Positions 28,901 to 38,859 of a stretch of DNA of 64,000 nt are shown one piece after another (position 1 is the first letter of the stretch; each line of letters starts with the position of its first letter). Source of the stretch: Candidatus Poribacteria bacterium (GTDB lineage Bacteria > Poribacteria > WGA-4E > WGA-3G); NCBI GenBank assembly GCA_963665235.2, contig CAXXLX010000002.1, forward strand, positions 96,001 through 160,000, written 5' to 3'. The notes under the pieces are model-generated. The model was not told where the DNA came from. It did not search any database and saw only the letters and a list, made by a program, of their open reading frames with translations. Made by a program: the position numbers and the translations under genes.

Positions 28901-31900
28901 ACCGCTACGCAGACCTTTTCTGCAATTGTCGTGCAGCCGAACCGCGCACCGGTAGCAGTGGGGACTATTCCAAACCAGACTGTGACTCTGAGTGGAACCT
29001 CTGGGGGAACCCCTGTTACAGTTGATGTGAGCGGTTATTTCAGCGATCCCGATGGGGATACCCTCACCTATACCGCTGCATCATCGGATACAACCAAAGC
29101 AACGGTCAGTGTGTCAAGTGCCACGATAACCCTAACTGGTGTCGCAGCGGGAACCGCAACCATAACTGTCACTGCGACTGACCCCAGCGGGTTGTCCGTT
29201 AACCAGACCTTCACGGTGACCGTTGTGCAGCCGAATCGTACACCGGTTGTCTCGGCGACCATGCCGGATCTAACGCTGAACGTTGGTGAAACTACCGATT
29301 CAATTGATGCAAGTAATTACTTCAGTGATCCCGACGGCGATGGACTTTTCATGAGTGGACTTCTCATATCCGATGGGACCGTAGTCACAACGCATTCGGT
29401 GACGAATCCTTCTACGTTCAGACTCACCGGAGCGGCAGTGGGGAACACCACGATCACCGTGAGTGTTATAGACCCCGATGGGTTGAGTGCTACACAGAAC
29501 TTCACCGTGACTGTCGTGCTGGCGAATAGCACGCCAACAATCACAAACACAATTCCGGACATACAAATTTGGAACAGTTTCACCTACGATGTGTACGCAC
29601 ACGATTATTTCAGTGACCCTGATGGGGATGCGTTGACCTACACCGCAACCACTACCGATAGCAGCATCGCCCAGGTAGGCGTGGGGGGTGTGGGTAATTC
29701 TACGGTATCTATCCTCGCCAATGCTTTGGGGACAGTGACAATCACGATTACAGTCACAGATACCGGCGGGGCAACCGCCTCACAATCCTTTACTGCCACA
29801 GTCGTGCAATGGCCTCCGACCACGGTAGGCACCATTCCCGACCAAACCGTCATTGTGGGTGGGACTGCTACTATAGATGATGTGAGCAGCTACTTCAGGG
29901 CCCCAGATAACAAACCCCTCACTTACACCGCTGCATCATCTGATACAACCAAAGCAACGGTGAGTGTATCAAACGCCGGGGTAACCGTCACAGGGGTAGC
30001 AGGCGGAACCGCAACAATCACCGTCACAGCAACTGAACCCGCAGGGTTGTCGGCTGACCAGACCTTCACGGTGACTGTCCTGACGAACCGGGCACCAGTC
30101 ATCACTGACGCTATCCCAGACGTAAGTATTGAGAACAGTCGAGTTTATGGTATCTACGCACACGATCATTTCAGCGACCCCGATGGGGATGCGTTGACCT
30201 ACACCGCTACCACTACCGATAGTGCCATCGCCTCCGTAACCATAGGCGGCCCAGGTAATTCTACGGTATCTATCCTCGCCAATGCTTTGGGAACAGTGAC
30301 AATCACAATCACAGTCACAGACCCGAGCGGGGCAACCGCCTCACAGGCCTTCTCAGCCACGGTAGTCCAATCTAACCGGAAACCGACCCCCGTCGGCACA
30401 ATCTCGGACATAACGATGGGCTTGGGCACGACTGCCAGGCAGCTAGAAGTCAGCAGCTATTTCAGGGACCCTGATGGTGATACCCTCACCTACACAGCGA
30501 GCTCCGCTAATACAGCCTATGCAACAGTGAGTGTGTCCGATTCAACCTTAACCATCGCCAACGTCTCTGTGGGCGCAGCGGCTATAACCGTGACCGCCAA
30601 AGATCCCAAGGGTACAAGTGCTACACAGACGTTCACGGTAACCGTCAGGGCAAACACCGCACCGAGACGGACTGGCGGCCTCCCGGATTACTCTATTCGA
30701 GTACCCAATTCGGTCTCTTTCGATCTTAACACAATTTTCACCGACGACGATGGAGATCCATTGACCTATAGGGTCACCTCCGAGACGAAACCCTGGGGGA
30801 CAGCCACCATATCGGGTTCAACCCTCACCGCAACTACCGAGCGGACTGGTGCCGTACCATCAGCGGAAACAGGACGATGGGATATATCTGTCGCCGCCAA
30901 TGATGGAGTCGCAGACGCAACCAACAACGACTATCGAGTCTGGAGAATAACCGTGTGGCAACGCGGCTCAACGCAGTGGAATATACCAAACGCGGCACCC
31001 CAAACGGTTGGCACCATCTCCGCGAAAACCATCAACATAAACCAGCAGATTACCCTAGACACCAGCACCTACTTTAGTGAGGCTGATGGAGATGTCATGA
31101 TGTACGCGGCCAGCTCGGACACAACCACCGTAGCAACCGCAAGCATCTCAGGGACTACTGTAACCGTCACCGGTGTCGCCTTGGGCTCAGCGACAATAAC
31201 CGTCGTCGCTGACGATGGACAAAACACAAGAGCCAACCAGACATTCACTGTCACCGTGGCTAACACTAACAACAACGCACCGACAGCCTCGGGAACTATT
31301 CCCGCTCAAACGGTAAATGTCGGTAGCACTGGCACCGTTGACGTAAGCAGTTATTTCAGCGATGCGGATGGCGATGCGTTAACCTACACTGCAAGCTCTT
31401 CGTCTACTGGCACAGCAACCGTCAGTGTATCAAATGCCACGGTCACCATCACCGCAGTCGCAGCGGGAACAGCCACCATAACCGTCACAGCGACTGACAC
31501 CAGCGGGTTGACCGCTACCCAGACCATTTCTGTGACTGTTCCAACGCCAAATAGCGCACCGACAACCGTGGGAACTATTCCCAACCAAACGGTGGAAGTG
31601 GGTGGCACTGGCACAGTTGACGTAAGCGGCTACTTCAGCGACCCCAATAGCGATACCCTAATCTACACTGTGTCCTCTTCGTCTACTGGCACAGCAACCG
31701 TCAGTGTATCAGGTGCCACCGTCACCATCACGGGTGTCACAGCCGCAACCTCAGGTGTAACCATAAGTGTCACCGCGACAGACCCTGGCGGCTTGAGTGC
31801 TACGCAGACCTTCACAGTAAGCGTGAAACTGCAGAACAGAGCACCGACCGTATCGAATCAGATACCCGACATAACCTTTGATCCGGGTATAGACGTGGTT

Positions 31901-33265
31901 ATGTTTCCTTTGACAAATTTCAGCGATGCGGATGGCGATATCCTAACCTACACTGCAAGCTCTTCTGATACAAGCCTAGTCACGCTCAGGAGGGATGGGA
32001 CTAGACTGTACCTTACGCCAGTCGCAGCGGGGACAGCCACAATCACCATCACGGTGTCCGACCCAGGTGGATTGACCGCTACGCAGACCTTCACTGCCAC
32101 TGTGCCAGTGCCAAATAGTGCACCCACAACTGTGGGAACTATTCCCGCTCAAACGGTAAATGTGGGTGGGACTGCCACAGTTGACGTAAGCAGCTACTTC
32201 AGCGATGCGGATGGGGATACCTTAACCTACACTGCGGTCTCTTCGGCTACTGCCACAGCAACCGTCAGTGTATCAAATGCAACCGTCACCATCACAGGTG
32301 TCGCGGGAGGGACAGCCACAATAACCGTCACGGCGACTGACCCCGGCGGTTTGAGTGCTACACAGACTATCTCTCTTACTGTTAATAGTGCCCCCGCAAC
32401 CGTAGGAACTATTCCCGCCCAAACGGTAAATCTCGGTAGCACTGCCACAGTTGACGTAAGCAGCTACTTCAGTGATGCCGATGGTGATACCCTAACCTAC
32501 ACTGCGGTCTCTTCGGCTACTGCCACAGCAACCGTCAGTGTATCAAATGCCACCGTCACCATCACCGCAGTCGCAGCCGGCACCGCAACGGTAACCGTCA
32601 CGGCGACTGACCCCGGCGGTTTGAGTGCTACACAGACTATCAGTGTTACGGTAGCCAACCCAGCAGACGTGAATAGCGATGGCGTTGTTAACATCTACGA
32701 CTTGGTGTTAGTTGCCTCACAGTTTGGGACCTCAAACTCAGCTGCGGATGTGAACGGTGATGGCACTGTAAACACACAAGATCTGGTCCGGGTCTCAAGT
32801 GCATTAGGAAGCGCGCCGACTGCAAATCAGTCTGCAGCAGCAGTCGCCAACAATTGGCTCAAACTTGCGCGTCAAAACGCATCAAACGTAGATAAAACTG
32901 CCATTCCAGCAGGATTTTCCTACGAACGTGGCATTCAGGTCCTTGAAGAGTTGGCACGTGCGTTGACACCGAATGCAACCGCACTCTTAGCGAACTATCC
33001 GAACCCGTTCAACCCAGAGACGTGGATACCGTATCAGTTAGCGAAAGCCGCTGATGTCACGGTAACCATCTACGCCTCGGATGGCAACATTGTTCGGACG
33101 TTAGCAATAGGGCATCGGGATGCGGGCATGTATCACAACCGGAGCCAAGCCGCATATTGGGATGGTAAAAACGAGATGAGCGAATCCGTAGCGAGCGGAA
33201 TCTATTTCTACACCCTCACCGCAGGGAACTTCTCCGCCACGCGCAAGATGCTCATCCTCAAATAG
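26000..33265 (+). CDS. Giant (2421 aa) secreted Ig/cadherin-like repeat protein with N- and C-terminal dockerin-like motifs and C-terminal sorting-like domain; no LTD
   Basis: Signal peptide; DVTNDGKIDALD..GDVSEDGNINYVD near the N-terminus; about 21 Ig repeats; DVNSDGVVNIYDL; NYPNPFNPETW tail. Confidence 0.9.
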   Translation: MSKTFFNSIICIIAVLCLTVSIANAQDFTDGDIVHMEDSGTLTDANLVEVGNTSSSTTLNLFFRVSIDASVQADTKIEATALVPTGGTAPIPTFSYKDGQQQWKDLQTTTNEDTVSIAYSVLEGIATAQGTTDVQVRANFTTVPSTRFQLELNTTTLDRVYFDCQPGAVSRAVYDVTNDGKIDALDIQAVAVAMINNSLTGDVSEDGNINYVDFDLVTFAVRLGFSLPPPTTNRAPTKVGTIPNQTVNVGATATVDVSAYFTDPDGDTLTYTASSSDTAKATVSVSSATLTLTGVAVGTATITVTATDPDSLSVNQTFTATVVQPNRAPTTVGTIPNQTVNVGEDVTVDVSSYFSDPDGDPLSYAFDFSDPSKVNASTTGSTVLLTGVAAGTLTVTVTATDTGNLTATQTFTVTVVQSNRAPTAVGSIPDQTVNVGGTATVDVSSYFTDADGDTLVYTASSSDTAKATVSVSSATITLTGVAVGTATITVTATDPDSLSVNQTFTATVVQPNRAPTTVGTIPNQTVNVGADVTVDVSSYFSDPDGDPLRYTFDFSDPSKVNASATGSTVLLTGVAAGTLTVTVTATDTGNLTATQTFTVTVVQSNRAPTAVGSIPDQTVGATTVTVDVSTYFSDPDGDTLSYAAVSSDTTKVTVSVSNATVSITRAALSATGTATITVTATDPGGLSATQTFTANVGQIYSPPVAEGTIPNQTLTVGGPAGTVDVTNYFSDAGNNILTYTAVSSDTSKVTVSVSNATVTLTPVAVGTSTITVTATNPNNLSATQTFTVTVVPPNRAPQPTDSDIPDQTVNVGATATVDVSNHFSDPDGDTLTYTAASSDTAKATVSVSSATVTTTGVAAGTATITVTATDPGGLSANKTFTVTVVQPNRAPVAVGTIADRTSSPGWTITFNVSSNFRDPDGDTLTYTASSADTTIATVSISAAEVSLKMIAAGTATITITATDPGGLTATQTFSAIVVQPNRAPVAVGTIPNQTVTLSGTSGGTPVTVDVSGYFSDPDGDTLTYTAASSDTTKATVSVSSATITLTGVAAGTATITVTATDPSGLSVNQTFTVTVVQPNRTPVVSATMPDLTLNVGETTDSIDASNYFSDPDGDGLFMSGLLISDGTVVTTHSVTNPSTFRLTGAAVGNTTITVSVIDPDGLSATQNFTVTVVLANSTPTITNTIPDIQIWNSFTYDVYAHDYFSDPDGDALTYTATTTDSSIAQVGVGGVGNSTVSILANALGTVTITITVTDTGGATASQSFTATVVQWPPTTVGTIPDQTVIVGGTATIDDVSSYFRAPDNKPLTYTAASSDTTKATVSVSNAGVTVTGVAGGTATITVTATEPAGLSADQTFTVTVLTNRAPVITDAIPDVSIENSRVYGIYAHDHFSDPDGDALTYTATTTDSAIASVTIGGPGNSTVSILANALGTVTITITVTDPSGATASQAFSATVVQSNRKPTPVGTISDITMGLGTTARQLEVSSYFRDPDGDTLTYTASSANTAYATVSVSDSTLTIANVSVGAAAITVTAKDPKGTSATQTFTVTVRANTAPRRTGGLPDYSIRVPNSVSFDLNTIFTDDDGDPLTYRVTSETKPWGTATISGSTLTATTERTGAVPSAETGRWDISVAANDGVADATNNDYRVWRITVWQRGSTQWNIPNAAPQTVGTISAKTININQQITLDTSTYFSEADGDVMMYAASSDTTTVATASISGTTVTVTGVALGSATITVVADDGQNTRANQTFTVTVANTNNNAPTASGTIPAQTVNVGSTGTVDVSSYFSDADGDALTYTASSSSTGTATVSVSNATVTITAVAAGTATITVTATDTSGLTATQTISVTVPTPNSAPTTVGTIPNQTVEVGGTGTVDVSGYFSDPNSDTLIYTVSSSSTGTATVSVSGATVTITGVTAATSGVTISVTATDPGGLSATQTFTVSVKLQNRAPTVSNQIPDITFDPGIDVVMFPLTNFSDADGDILTYTASSSDTSLVTLRRDGTRLYLTPVAAGTATITITVSDPGGLTATQTFTATVPVPNSAPTTVGTIPAQTVNVGGTATVDVSSYFSDADGDTLTYTAVSSATATATVSVSNATVTITGVAGGTATITVTATDPGGLSATQTISLTVNSAPATVGTIPAQTVNLGSTATVDVSSYFSDADGDTLTYTAVSSATATATVSVSNATVTITAVAAGTATVTVTATDPGGLSATQTISVTVANPADVNSDGVVNIYDLVLVASQFGTSNSAADVNGDGTVNTQDLVRVSSALGSAPTANQSAAAVANNWLKLARQNASNVDKTAIPAGFSYERGIQVLEELARALTPNATALLANYPNPFNPETWIPYQLAKAADVTVTIYASDGNIVRTLAIGHRDAGMYHNRSQAAYWDGKNEMSESVASGIYFYTLTAGNFSATRKMLILK

Positions 33266-33269
33266 GAGT

Positions 33270-33532
33270 GAGCGTTGCTCGTTCTATTCTTCAGTAGGAG
33301 CGTGCTGTGCACGCGATAAAGCGAGCGTTGCTCGTTCTATTCTTCAGTAGGAGCGTGCTGTGCACGCGATAAAGCGAGCGTTGCTCGTTCTATTCTTCAG
33401 TAGGAGCGTGCTGTGCACGCGATAAAGCGAGCGTTGCTCGTTCTATTCTTCAGTAGGAGCGTGCTGTGCACGCGATAAAGCGAGCGTTGCTCGTTCTATT
33501 CTTCAGTAGGAGCGTGCTGTGCACGCGATAAA
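33270..33532. repeat. BIME-like tandem repeat, 5 x 53 bp with two hairpins (GCGAGC-GTT-GCTCG; GTAGGAGCGTGC-TGT-GCACGC)
   Basis: Five copies immediately after the stop codon; related units at 20700-20777 and 43950-44045. Confidence 0.9.
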
Positions 33533-34031
33533 TAATGTTTAATCGGCGAGGTTTTTCATAACCTCGCCCCAACCTAACATGGACAGTTTGTGCTATCTTT
33601 TGTAGCATAAACTGTCCAGTTTTTTCCAAAGAGTGTAAAGTTTTAGCACACCCGTTCAGTATTCGGGCAAACGGTTTCCCGCTCCTATAGTAGGGTGATT
33701 TATCACCCGTAGTGTTGTTAGTAGTAGGGTGATTTATCGCTTGTTCCCCTTTTCGGAATGCAGAAAAAACGCAAAACCCATAATCCCAAACCTTCGATTG
33801 TTACGTCTCTTAATTCCGTGTTCTCCGCGTCCTCCGCGCCTTCCGCGATTCAGACCCCTCTTAAATTCCGCGTCCTCCGCGTTCTCCGCGTTAATCCGCG
33901 ATTTGCGGCGTACTCGCCCAAATGCGACGTGCATTCAAACAACTTCTTCCCCTTCCATTCTTCCTGTTCCCCTTTTTCCGCCTGTTCGGACAGCGAGTTC
34001 GCCTTCCATTCTTCCATTCTTCCATTCCAAC

Positions 34032-34832
34032 TTAAGCATCCAAAATCGGACGATTCAATCGAGAATGATACGGCGGCTCCATCACCGCCCGCTGCCGTTC
34101 ATTTGCCCACTCCGGAATAGGATAAGCCGGAACATACGCCATATTTCCAGCCGTATATCGCGTCAAAATTGAGCGCCGCGGATGCTCCGCCTTCCACGGT
34201 AGCGTCCCGTGCGTCACAGCCTCCGTAAAAATCACAACATCCCCAGCGTCACACACCAACTGCCGAATATGTTCCTGATGTTTCTGATACAACCGCATCT
34301 CTTGCGGGCATGGGTAATTACTCTTATGGCTACCCGGTATAACGATTAAACCCCCCGCCCCTGGCGGCACATCCGTTAGTTGAAACGTCACAACAGTCAA
34401 CCCGTTATGCATTCTACCATCACGGAAAACATAGTATTGATTCGGATCGAAACCGGGCCCCGATGACCCGTGAAAAATAAAACCTTCTGCCCCTTTATCC
34501 ATAGAAAGTAGAAACATCTGGTGGTCCATACGGAACCCCTTTCCCAATATCACATTCAGATACGGGACAATTGTCGGATGTGCAAGCATGTGTCGAAACG
34601 GATTGCACCAGGGCTCCTCCCATCCGAGCATCCCACCGAGTTCACCTCTACCCTGTTCCCCCTTCAGCTCAGCCGAGCCGCCATCAAGCGTCTGCTCACG
34701 GGGCCGAATTCGGGCATGTTCACTATGTTTATCAATCGCCTCGTTCGCCAATGTCACCTCTTCAGGTGTGAGAACACCCTTAATAACAAGGTAACCGTTC
34801 AGATCAAACAGATATTTTTCGTCAGCATTCAT
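34032..34832 (-). CDS. Phytanoyl-CoA dioxygenase (PhyH) family protein
   Basis: FDLNGYLVIKGVL..GGLIVIPGSHK..AGDVVIFTEAVTHGT..RR. Confidence 0.85.
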   Translation of the reverse strand: MNADEKYLFDLNGYLVIKGVLTPEEVTLANEAIDKHSEHARIRPREQTLDGGSAELKGEQGRGELGGMLGWEEPWCNPFRHMLAHPTIVPYLNVILGKGFRMDHQMFLLSMDKGAEGFIFHGSSGPGFDPNQYYVFRDGRMHNGLTVVTFQLTDVPPGAGGLIVIPGSHKSNYPCPQEMRLYQKHQEHIRQLVCDAGDVVIFTEAVTHGTLPWKAEHPRRSILTRYTAGNMAYVPAYPIPEWANERQRAVMEPPYHSRLNRPILDA

Positions 34833-34871
34833 GTATTATCTCCTAGATTGGTTTATGGTTTATGGTTTATA

Positions 34872-35023
34872 ACCCAAGTTGCTACTTATAAGTTTTTAGA
34901 CCTGGAACCACCGGCTTTAATGAAAATATGCTGATAATTAGCTAATATTTGTCCGGTTCACTTCCAATTTGCACACAAATATGCACAATCTGGAAGATTA
35001 TGCTACTATGTGGCAACTTAGGT
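34872..35023. mobile_element. 152-bp MITE family A
   Basis: TIRs ACCCAAGTTGCTAC / GTGGCAACTTAGGT; 7-bp direct repeat GTTTATA on both sides; near reverse complement of the ends of 7796-9332. Confidence 0.9.
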
Positions 35024-35105
35024 GTTTATAGCAAAAGATTCTGATGCACTTCAGAGATATGATTATAATCACAAACTCTTGCCAATAGCCAATAGCCAAT
35101 AACCA

Positions 35106-36233
35106 CTACACCGCATAAGCCACGGAACCGTCCTCGCGTAAAGGTGTCGTACCGGTATTCATCGGTCGATACGGTGTCTCTGCAATTAAACTATCGTCAA
35201 GTTCTACCCCCAAGCCGGGGGCTTCAGGAATTGGAATATATCCGCCCTCCCGTTCGTATGCCACCTTATACACAGCATAATCTGGCGACTCATCACCTTT
35301 CGTGTATTCCTGCGTAATAAAATTCGGAATACTCGTATCCAGATGCAGCGACGCAGCCGTAATAAGCGGCCCAAGAAAATTATGCGTCACAACCGCACTG
35401 TGATAAGCTTCAGCGATCGCCGCAATTTTCTTACAATGCGTTAACCCCCCAGCCAAACCGACATCCGGCCGTACGTATTGCGGACCGCCTGCCTCCAGCA
35501 GTTCACGAAATTCCCAGATAGTCGTCAACCGTTCCCCATTACCCACCGGGCTCGTCATCCGCTTCGCCAGCTCCGCTTGTGTTTTGATTGTATCTATCTG
35601 AATCGGATCCTCAATAAAATACAGATTAAACGGTGCCAACGCCGCCTCCAATACGATGCTATTCATCGGTGTCAGTTTCCGATGCACCTCCACAATCAGA
35701 TCCAGATCCGGGCCACCGCCTTCTCGTGCTGCAGCAACCAGGTCCCGCGCTGTCTTCACCAGTCTATCCACAGTCATATCCTGAAAATTCCCAACCAACG
35801 GATCGAACTTAAGTGCAGTAAAACCCTCAGCAACAGCTGATTTCGCCGCCTCAAACATTGTCTCCGGAGTACCGGCACCGCCGAGAAGGTGCAACCGGAT
35901 TTTATCACGGCAGTTTCCCCCCAACAGCTCCCAAATCGGCACCCCCAAGTGTTTACCCTTAATATCCCACAACGCAATATCCACCGCACTTATAGCCCCA
36001 CTCAGCGCAGTCCCTTTAAACGGACCCATCCGATAAAGATATTGCCAGTGATGCTCAATTCGCAGCGGATTCTGCCCGATGAGATATTTCTCAAACGTAT
36101 TAACGATTTTCTCAACCGCCTCCGGATAGCCCCAGCAAGCAGTCTGTCCTACACCGCTGATACCTGTATCGGTATATATCCGAAGCACGTAGCCATTCCC
36201 GATAAAAAACGATTCAATTTTATCTATTTTCAT
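35106..36233 (-). CDS. Mandelate racemase/muconate lactonizing family enzyme (galactonate dehydratase-like)
   Basis: AISAVDIALWDIKGKHLGVPIWELLGG, FIEDP, GE, HN and PGLGVELD motifs. Confidence 0.9.
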   Translation of the reverse strand: MKIDKIESFFIGNGYVLRIYTDTGISGVGQTACWGYPEAVEKIVNTFEKYLIGQNPLRIEHHWQYLYRMGPFKGTALSGAISAVDIALWDIKGKHLGVPIWELLGGNCRDKIRLHLLGGAGTPETMFEAAKSAVAEGFTALKFDPLVGNFQDMTVDRLVKTARDLVAAAREGGGPDLDLIVEVHRKLTPMNSIVLEAALAPFNLYFIEDPIQIDTIKTQAELAKRMTSPVGNGERLTTIWEFRELLEAGGPQYVRPDVGLAGGLTHCKKIAAIAEAYHSAVVTHNFLGPLITAASLHLDTSIPNFITQEYTKGDESPDYAVYKVAYEREGGYIPIPEAPGLGVELDDSLIAETPYRPMNTGTTPLREDGSVAYAV

Positions 36234-36784
36234 ACATCGCTCCCCTAAGAAATTATTTTCATCTTACATCACTGCATTATATCACAAACCTCCGAATCCA
36301 TCAAAGTTAAAAAAACGCAAAACCTGTAATCACAAACCTTTGATTGTTACGCATCTTAAACTCCTCGTTCTCCGCGCTAATCCGCGATTTGCGGCGTACT
36401 CGCCCAAATGCGACGTGCATTCAGACAACTTCCCCCGCTTCCATCCTTCCATCCATCTTTTGTACAGAAACTTTACACCCCCCCTATAATGGGTGTGTAA
36501 AGTTTTTGTACAAGTAGGACGGACGCATTCCCCTCCGCTCCTCTACTAGCGGGATATCGGTATTAGTCCCAGTATTCGGGCAAGCAGCCCGCTCTTTAAG
36601 GACGATATCTTTATAGAAGCACAAAACGCACACCCTCTCTTAGTCCCAGTATTCGGGCAAGCAGCCCGCTCTTCAAGGACGATATCTTTATAGAATGAAA
36701 AAAATGTTGTGGATTATTACCATTTATTGCCCATCGCAGCCCTGATTCTCGTAGAAAAACGCATCGCGCATCACAACCCTATAC

Positions 36785-37164
36785 ACGCGAGCTTGATAAT
36801 AAATATCCATTTTCTCTAAACATTTTTGAGGTTCTCCGAAAAAAGCGGAATTGGAGCAGAAACCGCTGCTTCTATAAAGAATCGTCCTTGGAGAGCGGGA
36901 AACCGTTTGCCCGAATACTGGGACTAAGCGGGCAGAAACGGCTGCTTCTATAAAGATATCGTCCTTCGGGCTATTTCCCGAATACTGGGACTAAGAATCG
37001 GGGCGGAAACGGTTTTCTATAAAGATATCGTCCCTACGGGACTAAGAGGCGGGCAGAAACCGAGATGCCTATAAACATATCGTCCCTAAGGAGCGGGCTT
37101 CTCGCCCAGTATTCGAGCAACCAGCCCGCTCCTCATACTAGGGGAAAATTTTTCAAACTCACGT
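36785..37164. mobile_element. MITE family B copy (380 bp) filled with nested hairpin repeats
   Basis: TIRs ACGCGAGCTTGA / TCAAACTCACGT; 5-bp direct repeat TATAC on both sides. Confidence 0.75.
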
Positions 37165-37366
37165 TATACGACACGATGGGCGATGAATCGCCCTACTACA
37201 AACGGGTGTACAAAAACTTTAAACACCCCTATAATTTTTCATTTGACTTTTTTTTAAAAATGTGCTACAATATATTCAATAAAATCGTGACACCGACAAA
37301 ATAATACCTCATGCGGAGCCACGAGAGACAGTATTCGGGCAAACAGCCCGCTAGAGGAGGGACAAA

Positions 37367-37834
37367 ATGAGCATAGAAATAGGCGGTAAAACATTTCCAA
37401 CCGTAAAGGATGTGCAAACGCATGTCTACCAGATTTTAAAGGAAGCCCCCGTAGACCAACCGATTATGTCTTCGGATGCCGAACTCATACAAGAGCTTTT
37501 CTTACACCATCCAGAAGTAGAAGAAAAGCAAGGACTCGGCATATCTTACTTCAAGGTTGGCAGACATCCAGTAGCAAATGCCCGCGCATTTTGTGTCGTA
37601 CGTATAGACGGTACCGCTGAAACATTCAGTATAAAAAAGTGTTTTACGAGATGGAGAATGAAAACAACTACCTCGCAAAGCAAAGGAAAAACCGCAAAAA
37701 CTGCTACGACAGGAAAGCTTGGAGGAAAGATCGATCCCGCGCAACTTCAAAAGCGATTTGACAAAGTCGCCGAACTCTATAGCGAACTCGGAAAAGAAAT
37801 CGATCAGATACACAAGCTCCTAATCGTAAAATAA
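37367..37834 (+). CDS. DCL/DUF3223 family protein
   Basis: RBS GGAGG; HHPEVEEKQGLGISYFKV..F.VVR.DGT.ETFSIKKC resembles the DUF3223 pattern; C-terminal coiled coil. Confidence 0.75.
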   Translation: MSIEIGGKTFPTVKDVQTHVYQILKEAPVDQPIMSSDAELIQELFLHHPEVEEKQGLGISYFKVGRHPVANARAFCVVRIDGTAETFSIKKCFTRWRMKTTTSQSKGKTAKTATTGKLGGKIDPAQLQKRFDKVAELYSELGKEIDQIHKLLIVK

Positions 37835-38004
37835 CGGATACGGGAGGAATACCAGACTCCCACCACAACTGCTATCTCACCAGATACAGCAGGGTAGGAA
37901 TCGACACCTATATAATAGTCGAAGTCTATCCTAATTCCTCTTAGTGGTTCACTCGCCGGATATTTATGTTTATCAGAAACCCGGCGAGTGTGTAAAGTTT
38001 TGAT

Positions 38005-38125
38005 CTCCCCGTTCGTAGTAGGGCAATTTATTGTCTGTCGGAGCCCCGTTTGTAGTAGGCCAATTTATTGCCCGTCGGAGCCGTTGGAGCCCCGTTCATA
38101 GTAGGGCAATTTATTGCCCATCGGA
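38005..38125. repeat. Three GTAG-REP hairpins (GTAGTAGGGCAATTTATTGCCC)
   Basis: Read directly; related copies at 33688-33740. Confidence 0.75.
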
Positions 38126-38171
38126 GTGATGTTTAGTAGAGGAGCAGGCAGCCCGCTCCTCAAGATTAGAT

Positions 38172-38290
38172 TAGGACTTACGCAAATTTAGCAGAAACCT
38201 CGTAGGGGCGGGGTCCCCCCGCCCGCAGGTCTAGGTCTGCCTCTAAATCCCACTATCATTAGGGTTTATCAACGCGCTGCGTAAGTGTTG
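38172..38290. mobile_element. 119-bp MITE family C containing a GTAG-REP
   Basis: TIRs TAGGACTTACGCA / TGCGTAAGTGTTG; TAGAT direct repeat at 38167-38171 and 38291-38295. Confidence 0.7.
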
Positions 38291-38366
38291 TAGATAAAAA
38301 ACATTTGATTTTTATTTCAATTTTTGCTAAACTCTTTTCAAATTCCACAGCCGAAGGCAGGAAAAT

Positions 38367-38684
38367 ATGCAAACACAAGCCGAACTTTACGATATTGCGC
38401 TAACACATTTCGCAGAAAACGATTTAGAAGCCGCCGTCAACGCTTTCAAACAACTTATTGCTACATATCCCGACTACATCGAGGGATACCTCGGACTCGG
38501 ACATGCCTATGAACGGCTCGGTTTATACGATGAAGCAATTGATGCCGTAAAAAAAGCCATCGACATTAACCCCGAAGACCCGCTTGCATATACCAGCTTA
38601 TCTATCTGTTATCAGCGAAAAGGCATGATTCAGGAAGCCGAAGACGCAATGGCAAAATCACAATTACTGCAACGTTCACCCTAG
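38367..38684 (+). CDS. Small tetratricopeptide repeat protein
   Basis: TPR pattern (YLGLGHAYERLGLYDEAIDAVKKAIDINPEDPLAYTSL). Confidence 0.9.
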   Translation: MQTQAELYDIALTHFAENDLEAAVNAFKQLIATYPDYIEGYLGLGHAYERLGLYDEAIDAVKKAIDINPEDPLAYTSLSICYQRKGMIQEAEDAMAKSQLLQRSP

Positions 38685-38772
38685 TGCCCTAGACGTTAAT
38701 CACAACATCTTGCTAATTGCCTCGCTGGCTAATGACTATTAGCTTATGGCTTATGGCAAGAACAAGAGGGGT

Positions 38773-38801
38773 TTGACGCGCGGCAAAAATCTGATTATAA
38801 T
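38773..38801 (+). promoter_or_regulatory. sigma70-type promoter upstream of the PhyH-PhyH-TPP-LamG genes
   Basis: TTGACG-N17-TATAAT, ending about 58 bp before ATG 38860. Confidence 0.6.
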
Positions 38802-38859
38802 CACAAAATCTTGCCAATTGCCAATCGCCAATTGCTAATCGCCAATAAAGGAGACAAAT

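Noticed and set aside
732-32694. Numerous Val/Ala/Thr-rich antisense ORFs
   Set aside because: Shadow frames of the Thr/Val-rich Ig-repeat genes
1-33265. Diversity-generating retroelement acting on the shared C-termini
   Set aside because: No reverse transcriptase and no template/variable repeat pair with adenine-specific differences; tail differences look mostly synonymous
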